Of a stretch of 32,000 bases of DNA, positions 8,866 through 16,001 are shown piece after piece. Both the position numbers and the translations under genes were made by a program. How positions within the stretch are numbered: position 1 is the first letter of the stretch; every line of letters begins with the position of its first letter. Origin of the DNA: Kineococcus radiotolerans SRS30216 = ATCC BAA-149 (GTDB lineage Bacteria; Actinomycetota; Actinomycetes; Actinomycetales; Kineococcaceae); NCBI RefSeq assembly GCF_000017305.1, contig NC_009664.2:1830001-1862000 (forward strand), in the 5' to 3' direction. The notes below the pieces were generated by a model, which was given only the letters and a program-made list of their open reading frames with translations, searched no databases and had not been told where the DNA came from.

Positions 8866-8884
8866 TTCAACCTGGAGGTCGACC

Positions 8885-9721
8885 ATGCCGTTCGTGACCA
8901 CGAGCGATGACGTAGAGATCTACTTCAAGGACTGGGGCAACGCTGATGCCCAGCCCATCTTCTTCCACCACGGATGGCCCCTGTCCTCGGACGACTGGGA
9001 CGCGCAGATGCTGTTCTTCCACGCCCACGGCTACCGGGTCATCGCGAGCGATCGTCGCGGTCACGGCAGATCAGCCCAGGTGAGCACCGGCCACGACATG
9101 GACCACTACGCCAGCGACGTCGACGCGGTGGTGGAGCACCTCGACCTCCGCGACGTCATCCACATCGGCCACTCCACCGGCGGTGGTCAGGTCGCACGCT
9201 ACGTCGCGAAGTACGGCGAGCCGCAGGGCCGCGTGGCGAAGGCCGTCCTGGTGGCAGCCGTTCCCCCGCTGATGCTGCAGACCGAGGCCAACCCGCAAGG
9301 AACGCCCCTATCGGTGTTCGACGGGTTCCGCAGCAGCCTCGCGGCCAACCGTGCCGAGTTCTACGACGCCGTGGCCTCGGGCCCGTTCTACGGCTTCAAC
9401 CGACCTGACGTGGAGGCCTCGCAGCCGGTCATCGACAACTGGCGCCGCCAGGGCATGACGGGTAGCGCGTTGGCGCACTACGAGGGCATCAAGGCGTTCT
9501 CGGAGACCGACCAGACGGACGACCTCAAGGCGATCTCCGTCCCGGTCCTCGTGATCCAGGGTGACGACGATCAGGTGGTGCCCTACCAGGACGCAGCTCT
9601 GAAGCAGCACGAGCTCCTCCGCGACTCCACCCTCAAGATCTACGAGGGCTACCCGCACGGCATGCTCACCACCCACGCCGAGGTGATCAACCCCGACCTC
9701 CTGGCGTTCATCCAGCAGTAG
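8885..9721 (+). CDS. Alpha/beta hydrolase of the cofactor-free (non-haem) chloroperoxidase/perhydrolase family
   Basis: The 278-aa product begins MPFVTTSDDVEIYFKDWG...PIFFHHGWPLSSDDWD and has the nucleophile elbow GHSTGGG and the C-terminus YEGYPHGMLTTHAEVINPDLLAFI. GGAGG lies 6 nt before ATG 8885. Only the 3' third of ORF 6431-9721 is real. Confidence 0.9.
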   Translation: MPFVTTSDDVEIYFKDWGNADAQPIFFHHGWPLSSDDWDAQMLFFHAHGYRVIASDRRGHGRSAQVSTGHDMDHYASDVDAVVEHLDLRDVIHIGHSTGGGQVARYVAKYGEPQGRVAKAVLVAAVPPLMLQTEANPQGTPLSVFDGFRSSLAANRAEFYDAVASGPFYGFNRPDVEASQPVIDNWRRQGMTGSALAHYEGIKAFSETDQTDDLKAISVPVLVIQGDDDQVVPYQDAALKQHELLRDSTLKIYEGYPHGMLTTHAEVINPDLLAFIQQ

Positions 9722-9737
9722 GACCTGGCGCTGTCGC

Positions 9738-9780
9738 GGCGGACGGCGCACCCAGCTGCACCTCGGGTGCGCCGTCCGCC
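9738..9780. terminator. Perfect 16-bp stem hairpin between convergent genes (bidirectional terminator candidate)
   Basis: ggcggacggcgcaccc (9738-9753) is the exact reverse complement of gggtgcgccgtccgcc (9765-9780), with an 11-nt loop. It lies 17 nt after the hydrolase stop and 12 nt after the methyltransferase stop. Confidence 0.6.
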
Positions 9781-9791
9781 CGGGCGCGACG

Positions 9792-10523
9792 TCAGCCGCG
9801 GGTGAACCGGGTGCAGTGCGTCAGGTACGGCACCGCGACCGGGTCCCCCGGGCCGAACACGCCGTCGAGGACCTCGCCCACCCGGGCCAGCAGCTCCACG
9901 CGCTCGGCCTCGGGCCGCACGATGACGTAGCTGCGGGAGGCGACGAGGTCGAGGACCCCGGCGCGGTCGAGGACGTGCTCGTGCCGGGTGGTGAACCGCT
10001 CCGGGGGGCCGAAGGGCGCGCCGAGGCGCGTGTCGTCGGCGCCCATCTCCTGCTCGGTGCCGCGCTGGGCGATCGACCACACCCGCCGCACCCAGTCGAC
10101 GGTGTCGTCGCGCAGGTTCCACACCAGCCCCAGGGTGCCGCCGGGGCGCAGCACCCGCGCGACCTCGGGCACCGCGCGGGCCGGGTCCACCCAGTGCCAG
10201 GCCTGGGCGACGACGACGGCGTCCACCGACGCGTCCGGCAGCCCCGTGGCCTCCGCGGAGCCCTCGTGCGCCTCGACGCCGGGCAGCGCCGTCCGCAGCT
10301 GCGCCAGCATCCTCGTGGAGGGTTCGACGGCGACGACCTCGTGGCCAGCGGCGAGCAGGGCCGCGGTGGCCTTGCCCGTCCCGGCGCCGAGGTCGAGGAC
10401 GCGCCGGGCGGAGCCGGCGAGGAAGGCGACCGCGTCGGCGGGGTAACCCGGACGGGCGCGGGCGTAGGCGCCGGCGGCTGCTCCGAACGAGCGGGCGTGC
10501 GGGGTGAGGTCCACGGGAGCCAT
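9792..10523 (-). CDS. Class I SAM-dependent methyltransferase
   Basis: The 243-aa product has motif I VLDLGAGTGKAT and the downstream motifs VVAVEPS and DAVVVAQAWHW, typical of Methyltransf_11-type enzymes. Confidence 0.85.
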   Translation of the reverse strand: MAPVDLTPHARSFGAAAGAYARARPGYPADAVAFLAGSARRVLDLGAGTGKATAALLAAGHEVVAVEPSTRMLAQLRTALPGVEAHEGSAEATGLPDASVDAVVVAQAWHWVDPARAVPEVARVLRPGGTLGLVWNLRDDTVDWVRRVWSIAQRGTEQEMGADDTRLGAPFGPPERFTTRHEHVLDRAGVLDLVASRSYVIVRPEAERVELLARVGEVLDGVFGPGDPVAVPYLTHCTRFTRG

Positions 10524-10546
10524 CCTGCGCCCCGCAGGCTGGGGGG

Positions 10547-10969
10547 GTGTCGAAACCCCCGCCCCGCCACCAGTGGCGCTCGTGGGCGGCGATCACCTTC
10601 GTCCTGTCCCTCGTGACGGCGGTCGGCGCCGGCCTCTTGCTGGTCCCCAAGATGCACACCGCCCACCTGCTCGCGCAGCGGGGGGTGGTCACCGACGCCG
10701 AGGTCGTCGGCTTCCGCGCCGCGGCGGAGAGTCACGACGACACCTGGACGCTGGAGTTCACCACCGCGACGGGCGAGCGGGTCCGGGCCCGGACGAAGGC
10801 GGTCACCCGGGACGAGGCGGTGCGCCACCCGGTCGGGACCCGGTTGCCGGTGCGCTACGACCCCCGGCACCCGACGCGGGTGTGGTCGGTGGCGACACCG
10901 CTGGAGCCGTCGTTCTGGTGGGGGTCTACGGCGGGCTCGTCGGCGCCGCCACCGTCCTCGCCGCCCTGA
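10547..10969 (+). CDS. DUF3592-like membrane protein, apparently frameshifted near 10880
   Basis: An N-terminal TM helix (WAAITFVLSLVTAVGAGLLLV) is followed by a beta-rich domain ending VRYDPRHPTRV. After about 10880 this frame gives a low-complexity tail (STAGSSAPPPSSPP) rather than the C-terminal TM helix usual for the family. Confidence 0.6.
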   Translation: MSKPPPRHQWRSWAAITFVLSLVTAVGAGLLLVPKMHTAHLLAQRGVVTDAEVVGFRAAAESHDDTWTLEFTTATGERVRARTKAVTRDEAVRHPVGTRLPVRYDPRHPTRVWSVATPLEPSFWWGSTAGSSAPPPSSPP

Positions 10970-11100
10970 TGGGGCTGGGGCTGAAACCGTGGCGGGCCCC
11001 CTCTCCCCCCGACCCGCCCGTCGTGACGGTGCCGGTGCCGGTCGCGCCACCCCGGGCGGGGCGGGGACGCGTCGCGCGGCGGGGGAGGATGGGCCCGTGA
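10882..11100 (+). pseudogene. -1 frame continuation of the DUF3592 gene (C-terminal TM segment), or a separate small membrane ORF
   Basis: The frame of ORF 10504-11100 reads from GTG 10882: VVGGDTAGAVVLVGVYGGLVGAATVLAALMGLGLKPWR... This is a clear TM helix with high GC3. Its TGA (11098-11100) overlaps the ABC-F GTG 11097 (GTGA coupling). Confidence 0.4.
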
Positions 11101-12731
11101 GCGCAACCCTCGTCGCCAAGGACCTCAGCGCCGCCCACGGGACGCGGGCGCTGTTCTCCGGTCTGGACCTCGTGATCGCCCCCGGTGACGTGGTGGGGCT
11201 GGTCGGGGCCAACGGCGCGGGCAAGTCCACGCTGCTGCGCCTGCTCGCGGGCGGGGAGACCCCCGAGACGGGCACCGTCTCGCTCTCGCCGCCGACCGCG
11301 ACGGTCGGGTACCTGCCCCAGGAGCCCGAGCGCCGTCCCGGGGAGACCGTCGCGGGCTTCCTGGGCCGGCGCACCGGGGTCGCGCAGGCGCAGCGGGAGA
11401 TGGACGAGGCCGCGGAGGGCCTGGCCACGGGGGCGCCGGGCGCCGACGACCGCTACGCCGACGCCCTGGACCGCTGGCTGGCGCTGGGCGGGGCCGACCT
11501 GGACGAGCGCCGCGAGGAGGTCCTCGCCGACCTGGGGCTGAGCGTCTCCGGGGACGCGCTGATGACGTCGCTGTCGGGCGGGCAGGCCGCCCGCGCGGGG
11601 CTGGCCGCGCTGCTGGTGTCGCGCTACGACGTGTTCCTGCTCGACGAGCCCACCAACGACCTCGACCTGGACGGCCTGGCCCGGCTGGAGCGGTTCGTGA
11701 CCGAGCTGCGCTCCCCCGCCGTCGTCGTCAGCCACGACCGGGAGTTCCTGGCCCGCACCGTGGACCGCGTCGTGGAGCTGGACCTGGCCCAGCAGCTCGT
11801 GCGGGTCGTCGGCGGCGGGTACGAGGCGTTCCTCGCCGAGCGGGAGGTGCAGCGCCGCCACGCCCGGGAGGCCTACGACGAGTTCGCCGACACGAAGGCC
11901 GGGCTGGAGGCGCGCGCCCGGATGCAGCGCGGCTGGATGGCCCAGGGCGTGCGCAACGCCGTCCGCAAGGGCGACCCGGACAAGAACATCCGCGCCAAGA
12001 TGCGCGAGGGCAGCGAGAAGCAGGCCGCGAAGGCGAAGCAGACCGAGCGGATGATCGAGCGGCTCGACGTCGTCGAGGAGCCCCGCAAGGAGTGGCAGCT
12101 GCAGATGGAGATCGCGGCCGCCCCCCGCTCGGGGACGGTCGTGGCGACGGCGCGCGAGGCCGTCGTCCGCCGCGGCGGGTTCACGCTCGGACCGGTGACG
12201 CTGCAGCTGGACTTCGGCGACCGGGTCGCCGTCACCGGCCCCAACGGGGCGGGGAAGTCGACGCTGCTGCACCTGCTGCTGGGCCGGGTCGCCCCCGACT
12301 CCGGCTCCACCGCGCTGGGGTCCGGTGTCCAGGTCGGGGAGGTCGACCAGGCCCGCGGGCTGTTCGTCGGCGAGCAGACCCTGGCCCGCGCCTTCTCCGA
12401 CGCCGTCCCGGAGTGGCCCGACGCCGAGGTGCGGACCCTGCTGGCGAAGTTCGGGCTCGGCGCCCACCACGTCGCGCGGACGGCCGCCAGCCTCTCGCCG
12501 GGGGAACGCACCCGCGCCGCGCTGGCGCTGCTGCAGGCGCGCGGGGTGAACCTGCTGGTCCTCGACGAGCCCACCAACCACCTCGACCTGCCGGCCATCG
12601 AGCAGCTGGAGCAGGCCCTGGCGAGCTACGGCGGCACGCTGCTGCTGGTCAGCCACGACCGGCGGCTGCTGGAGGCGGTGCACGTGACGCGCCGCTTCGC
12701 CGTGGAGGACGGGCGCGTCCGCGAGCTCTGA
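11097..12731 (+). CDS. ABC-F family ATPase (two ABC domains, no membrane domain)
   Basis: There are two Walker A sites (GANGAGKST, GPNGAGKST), two signature motifs (LSGGQAARA, LSPGERTRA) and a basic interdomain linker (RKGDPDKNIRAKMREGSEKQAAKAKQTERMIERL). I set the start at GTG 11097 (VSATLVAKDLS). The ATG at 10989 would add a Gly/Arg/Ala-rich extension unlikely to be real. Confidence 0.9.
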   Translation: MSATLVAKDLSAAHGTRALFSGLDLVIAPGDVVGLVGANGAGKSTLLRLLAGGETPETGTVSLSPPTATVGYLPQEPERRPGETVAGFLGRRTGVAQAQREMDEAAEGLATGAPGADDRYADALDRWLALGGADLDERREEVLADLGLSVSGDALMTSLSGGQAARAGLAALLVSRYDVFLLDEPTNDLDLDGLARLERFVTELRSPAVVVSHDREFLARTVDRVVELDLAQQLVRVVGGGYEAFLAEREVQRRHAREAYDEFADTKAGLEARARMQRGWMAQGVRNAVRKGDPDKNIRAKMREGSEKQAAKAKQTERMIERLDVVEEPRKEWQLQMEIAAAPRSGTVVATAREAVVRRGGFTLGPVTLQLDFGDRVAVTGPNGAGKSTLLHLLLGRVAPDSGSTALGSGVQVGEVDQARGLFVGEQTLARAFSDAVPEWPDAEVRTLLAKFGLGAHHVARTAASLSPGERTRAALALLQARGVNLLVLDEPTNHLDLPAIEQLEQALASYGGTLLLVSHDRRLLEAVHVTRRFAVEDGRVREL

Positions 12732-12891
12732 GCCCGCCCCTCCGGGGCCGTCGCCCGCGGTAGGGCCCGGTTGAGGGGTCCGTGAGGTGTTTCCGGCGCG
12801 CCCGGGAGGTCCTGCCCCGCAACGATTCCGGGACGAGGTGCCGATCGGGTGGAACGGAGCGGGCCGGGACCGCGATGATCGGTGCGTCGGC

Positions 12892-12907
12892 GGCGTGCGC
12901 GCACGCC
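12892..12907. promoter_or_regulatory. Perfect 16-bp palindrome upstream of the MFS gene (operator candidate)
   Basis: GGCGTGCGCGCACGCC is its own reverse complement. It ends 42 nt upstream of the MFS start, GTG 12950. Confidence 0.3.
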
Positions 12908-12949
12908 CCGCCGGCGCACCCGCCACCCCGCTCCAGAGGATGAACACCC

Positions 12950-14167
12950 GTGCCCCTCGCCATCCTGGCCCTCGCCGTCGGCGCCTTCGCGATCGGGACG
13001 ACCGAGTTCGTCGCCATGGGGCTGCTGCCCCAGATGGCCGACACCTTCGGCGTCTCCATCGCGACGGCCGGCTGGCTCATCACCGCCTACGCCCTCGGCG
13101 TCGTCGTGGGCGCGCCGACGCTGACGGCGCTCACGCACTCCTGGCCCCGCAAGCGGGTCCTCACGGGCCTGATGGCGCTGTTCGTCGTCGGGCACGCGGC
13201 GACGGCGCTGGCGCCCACGTTCGGCGCCCTCGTCGGCGCGCGGTTCCTCTCCGGCCTCGGGCACGGCGCGTTCTTCGGCGCGAGCGCGCTCGTGGCCCGC
13301 AAGATCGCCCCGCCCGGGCGCCAGGGGCAGGCCATGGCCCTGGTCTTCACCGGCCTCACGGTCGCCAACGTCGTCGGGGTCCCGGCGGGGACCTACGTCG
13401 GGCAGCAGCTGGGGTGGCGCCTGACCTTCGCCCTCGTGGGGCTCATCGGGGTCGCCACGATCGCCGCGATCCTGGCGATCGTCCCCGAGGTCGAGACCCG
13501 CGCCGGCTCGCTGCGCTCGGAGTTCGCCGCGTTCCGCCGCAGCCAGGTCTGGTGGACGTTGCTCATCGTGACCGTCGGCTTCGCCAGCATGTTCACCGTC
13601 CTCAGCTACGTCTCGCCGCTGCTGACCGAGGTGGCCGGGTTCTCCGAGGGCGCGGTGAGCTGGGTCCTGGTCCTCTTCGGCGTCGGGGCGACGCTGGGCA
13701 ACGTCCTCGGCGGGCGGCTGGCGGACTGGCGGCCGTACCGGACCCTGGCCGTCGGCTTCGCCGCCCAGGCGGTCGTCTTCACCGGCCTGTTCCTCTTCGC
13801 CGGGAACCGGGTCGCGGCGGCGGTCGGGGTCTTCCTCTTCGCCTTCGTCGCCTTCACGATGTCCGCGCCGATCCAGACCCGCGGCATCACCGCCGCCGGG
13901 GGCGGGGCGTCGATGGCGTCGGCGGCCATGCAGGCCGCGTTCAACATCGGCAACGCGATGGGCGCCTTCCTCGGCGGGATCGTCATCGACGGCGGGTTCG
14001 GCTACGCCGCGACGGCCGTGGTGGCGCTGGTCCTGGCGCTGCTGGGGCTGGCGATCCTCGCCGAGGCGACGCGCGTGGACAAGAACGGCCGCGCCCCGCT
14101 GGACCCGCGGGTGGCGGCGGTCCCGGCGCAGCGCCGTCGCCGGGTGCGTGGCACCGTGGGGGCGTGA
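12950..14167 (+). CDS. MFS transporter (DHA1-like, 12 TM)
   Basis: The 405-aa product begins LAVGAFAIGTTEFVAMGLLPQMADTFGVSIATAGWLITAYALGVVVGAP, typical of the YdhP/AraJ-type MFS group. GAGGA lies about 10 nt upstream of GTG 12950. Confidence 0.9.
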   Translation: MPLAILALAVGAFAIGTTEFVAMGLLPQMADTFGVSIATAGWLITAYALGVVVGAPTLTALTHSWPRKRVLTGLMALFVVGHAATALAPTFGALVGARFLSGLGHGAFFGASALVARKIAPPGRQGQAMALVFTGLTVANVVGVPAGTYVGQQLGWRLTFALVGLIGVATIAAILAIVPEVETRAGSLRSEFAAFRRSQVWWTLLIVTVGFASMFTVLSYVSPLLTEVAGFSEGAVSWVLVLFGVGATLGNVLGGRLADWRPYRTLAVGFAAQAVVFTGLFLFAGNRVAAAVGVFLFAFVAFTMSAPIQTRGITAAGGGASMASAAMQAAFNIGNAMGAFLGGIVIDGGFGYAATAVVALVLALLGLAILAEATRVDKNGRAPLDPRVAAVPAQRRRRVRGTVGA

Positions 14168-14640
14168 CCGGCGGCGTGAACCTCTCGATCCACGAGCGGA
14201 AGCTCGGCGACCCCGACCTGGACCAGCTCGTCGCGGCGGCCGTCGCGGAGCTCAACCGCCGCTACCGCCAGCCGGGGGAGCCCGACGACGAGTACGACCT
14301 GGCCGAGGACGCGGTCTGCCTGGTCGCCCACGTCGACGGCGAGCCGGCGGGCTGCATCGCGCGCGAGCCAGTGACCGAACCCGGCTGGTCCGGCTGCGCG
14401 GAGATGAAGCGGGTGTTCGTCCACGAGCGCTTCCGGGGGCTGGGGGTGGCCAGCGCCCTGGTCGCGGCCTTCGAGGACGCCGCGCGGGCGGACGGCTTCA
14501 CCCGGGTCCGCCTGGAGACGGGCACCAAGCAGCCCGAGGCGGTGGCGCTGTACGAGAAGCTCGGCTACGAGCGGTCCGCGACGCCGTTCGGCCCGTGGGC
14601 GGACAGTCCGCTGAGCATCTGCTGCACCAAGTCGCTCTGA
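14164..14640 (+). CDS. GNAT-family N-acetyltransferase
   Basis: The acetyl-CoA binding core reads RVFVHERFRGLGVASALVAAFEDAARADGFTRVRLETG...ALYEKLGY. GTG 14164 overlaps the MFS stop (GTGA). This is the only plausible coding part of ORF 12787-14640. Confidence 0.85.
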   Translation: MTGGVNLSIHERKLGDPDLDQLVAAAVAELNRRYRQPGEPDDEYDLAEDAVCLVAHVDGEPAGCIAREPVTEPGWSGCAEMKRVFVHERFRGLGVASALVAAFEDAARADGFTRVRLETGTKQPEAVALYEKLGYERSATPFGPWADSPLSICCTKSL

Positions 14641-14651
14641 GGACGAAGTCC

Positions 14652-14673
14652 AGAGTTCGGTAGACCGAACTCT
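14652..14673. promoter_or_regulatory. 10-2-10 perfect inverted repeat immediately upstream of mntH (metalloregulator operator candidate, or GNAT terminator)
   Basis: AGAGTTCGGT-ag-ACCGAACTCT has perfectly complementary arms. It ends 5 nt before the first ATG of the Nramp gene (14679) and begins 11 nt after the GNAT stop. Confidence 0.45.
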
Positions 14674-14678
14674 CGGGC

Positions 14679-15935
14679 ATGATGTCCGCCATGACGACGG
14701 ACGAACGCGCCGACGCGCCCGCCCGCCCCGCCGGCCGGCGCTCGCTGCTGCGGATGCTGGGACCCGCCTTCGTGGCGGCCATCGCCTACGTCGACCCCGG
14801 CAACGTCGCGGCGAACCTCACCGCCGGCGCCGGGTACGGCTACCTGCTGCTGTGGGTGCTGGTGCTGGCCAACGCGATGGCCGTCCTCGTGCAGTACCTC
14901 TCGGCGAAGCTCTCCGTCGTCACCGACCGCACCCTGCCGGAGGTGCTGCGCGACCGGCTCAGCCGTCCCGCGCGGCTGGCCTACTGGGCCCAGGCCGAGC
15001 TCGTCGCCGTGGCCACCGACCTCGCCGAGGTCATCGGCGGCGCCGTCGCCCTGCACCTGCTCTTCGGGACCCCGCTCCTGCTCGGCGGGATCGTCGTCGG
15101 CGCGGTGTCGCTGGGCCTGCTCGCCCTGCACGGGCGCAACGGCGTGCGCCGCTTCGAGGCCGTCATCGTCGGGCTGCTGCTGGTCATCGTCGTCGGCTTC
15201 GTCTCCGGGGTCGTCTTCTCCCCCCCGGACGCCGGGGAGGCGGTGAAGGGGCTCGTCCCCCGCTTCGAGGGCTCCGAGACGGTGCTGCTGGCCGCGAGCA
15301 TGCTCGGCGCCACGGTCATGCCGCACGCGGTGTACCTGCACTCCGCGATGGCCCGCGACCACCACGGCACCGTCACCCCCGCGCTGACCCGCCGCGTCCT
15401 GGGCGCCACCCGCGTCGACGTCGTGGCTGCGCTCGTGGTGGCCGGGCTGGTCAACATCTCGATGCTGCTGCTCGCCGCGAGCGCCCTGCGCGGGGTCGAG
15501 GGCACCGACACCCTGGAGGGCGCGCACGCCGCCGTCGAGGCCAACCTGGGGACGGGGGCGGCGCTGCTGCTGGCCATCGGCCTGCTGGCCTCCGGGCTCG
15601 CCTCGACCTCGGTGGGCGCCTACGCCGGGGCGGTGATCATGCAGGGGCTGCTGCGGATCGACGTCCCGCTGCTGGTGCGCCGGGTGGTGACGCTCATCCC
15701 GGCCCTGGTGTGCCTGGGGATCGGCGTGGACCCCACCCGGGCGCTGGTCGTGTCGCAGGTCGTCCTCAGCTTCGGCATCCCGTTCGCGCTGGTGCCCCTG
15801 GTGCGGCTGACCAGCTCGCGCGCCCTCATGGGCGAGCACGTGAACCGCCGGGGGACGCAGGTCGCGGCCACGATCGCGGTCGGGCTCGTCGTGGCCCTGA
15901 ACCTCGCCCTGCTCTGGCTGACGTTCACCGGCTGA
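14679..15935 (+). CDS. mntH: Nramp-family divalent metal (Mn2+/Fe2+) transporter
   Basis: The 418-aa product has GPAFVAAIAYVDPGNVAANL (the DPGN motif) and ATVMPHAVYLHSA, with about 11 TM helices. Three in-frame ATGs (14679, 14682, 14691) leave the start ambiguous. Confidence 0.9.
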   Translation: MMSAMTTDERADAPARPAGRRSLLRMLGPAFVAAIAYVDPGNVAANLTAGAGYGYLLLWVLVLANAMAVLVQYLSAKLSVVTDRTLPEVLRDRLSRPARLAYWAQAELVAVATDLAEVIGGAVALHLLFGTPLLLGGIVVGAVSLGLLALHGRNGVRRFEAVIVGLLLVIVVGFVSGVVFSPPDAGEAVKGLVPRFEGSETVLLAASMLGATVMPHAVYLHSAMARDHHGTVTPALTRRVLGATRVDVVAALVVAGLVNISMLLLAASALRGVEGTDTLEGAHAAVEANLGTGAALLLAIGLLASGLASTSVGAYAGAVIMQGLLRIDVPLLVRRVVTLIPALVCLGIGVDPTRALVVSQVVLSFGIPFALVPLVRLTSSRALMGEHVNRRGTQVAATIAVGLVVALNLALLWLTFTG

Positions 15936-16001
15936 CCCGACCGCCGGGCGCCGGCCCTCCCCACCTCCGGCCGCCCCTCGCCGCGCCGCGGACGGCGACG
16001 C

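Noticed and set aside
6431-8884. N-terminal approx. 818 codons of the 1096-aa ORF 6431-9721 +
   Set aside because: Only the last 278 codons, from ATG 8885 with an SD, form a recognisable alpha/beta hydrolase. The upstream part is antisense to the REC-TrxR gene and then crosses non-coding DNA with junk composition.
8608-8901. 97-aa minus-strand ORF in the long intergenic region, with a superficially plausible hydrophobic stretch
   Set aside because: Many of its codons end in A/T (gtt, gaa, cct, gct, cga, agt, tct, cgt, ctt, gca), unlike every confident gene here. It also starts antisense inside the hydrolase gene.
10989-11096. ATG 10989 as the ABC-F start
   Set aside because: It would add 36 Gly/Arg/Ala/Pro-rich residues not expected in ABC-F proteins. 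GTG 11097 gives the usual N-terminus and a GTGA overlap with the upstream frame.
9821-11428. 535-aa minus-strand ORF, and ORF 9649-10692 -, spanning the methyltransferase/DUF3592/ABC-F region
   Set aside because: They are Pro/Arg/Ser-rich shadow frames. The methyltransferase frame (9792-10523) and the plus-strand genes account for the coding signal.
10926-12947. 673-aa minus-strand ORF antisense to the ABC-F gene
   Set aside because: It has no motifs and is Gly/Arg/Pro/Leu-rich. The plus strand encodes a complete two-domain ABC-F protein.
12787-14163. Upstream 459 codons of ORF 12787-14640 +, and ORF 12626-13264 -
   Set aside because: They are out-of-frame shadows of the MFS transporter gene. 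Only the last 158 codons (the GNAT gene) carry a domain.
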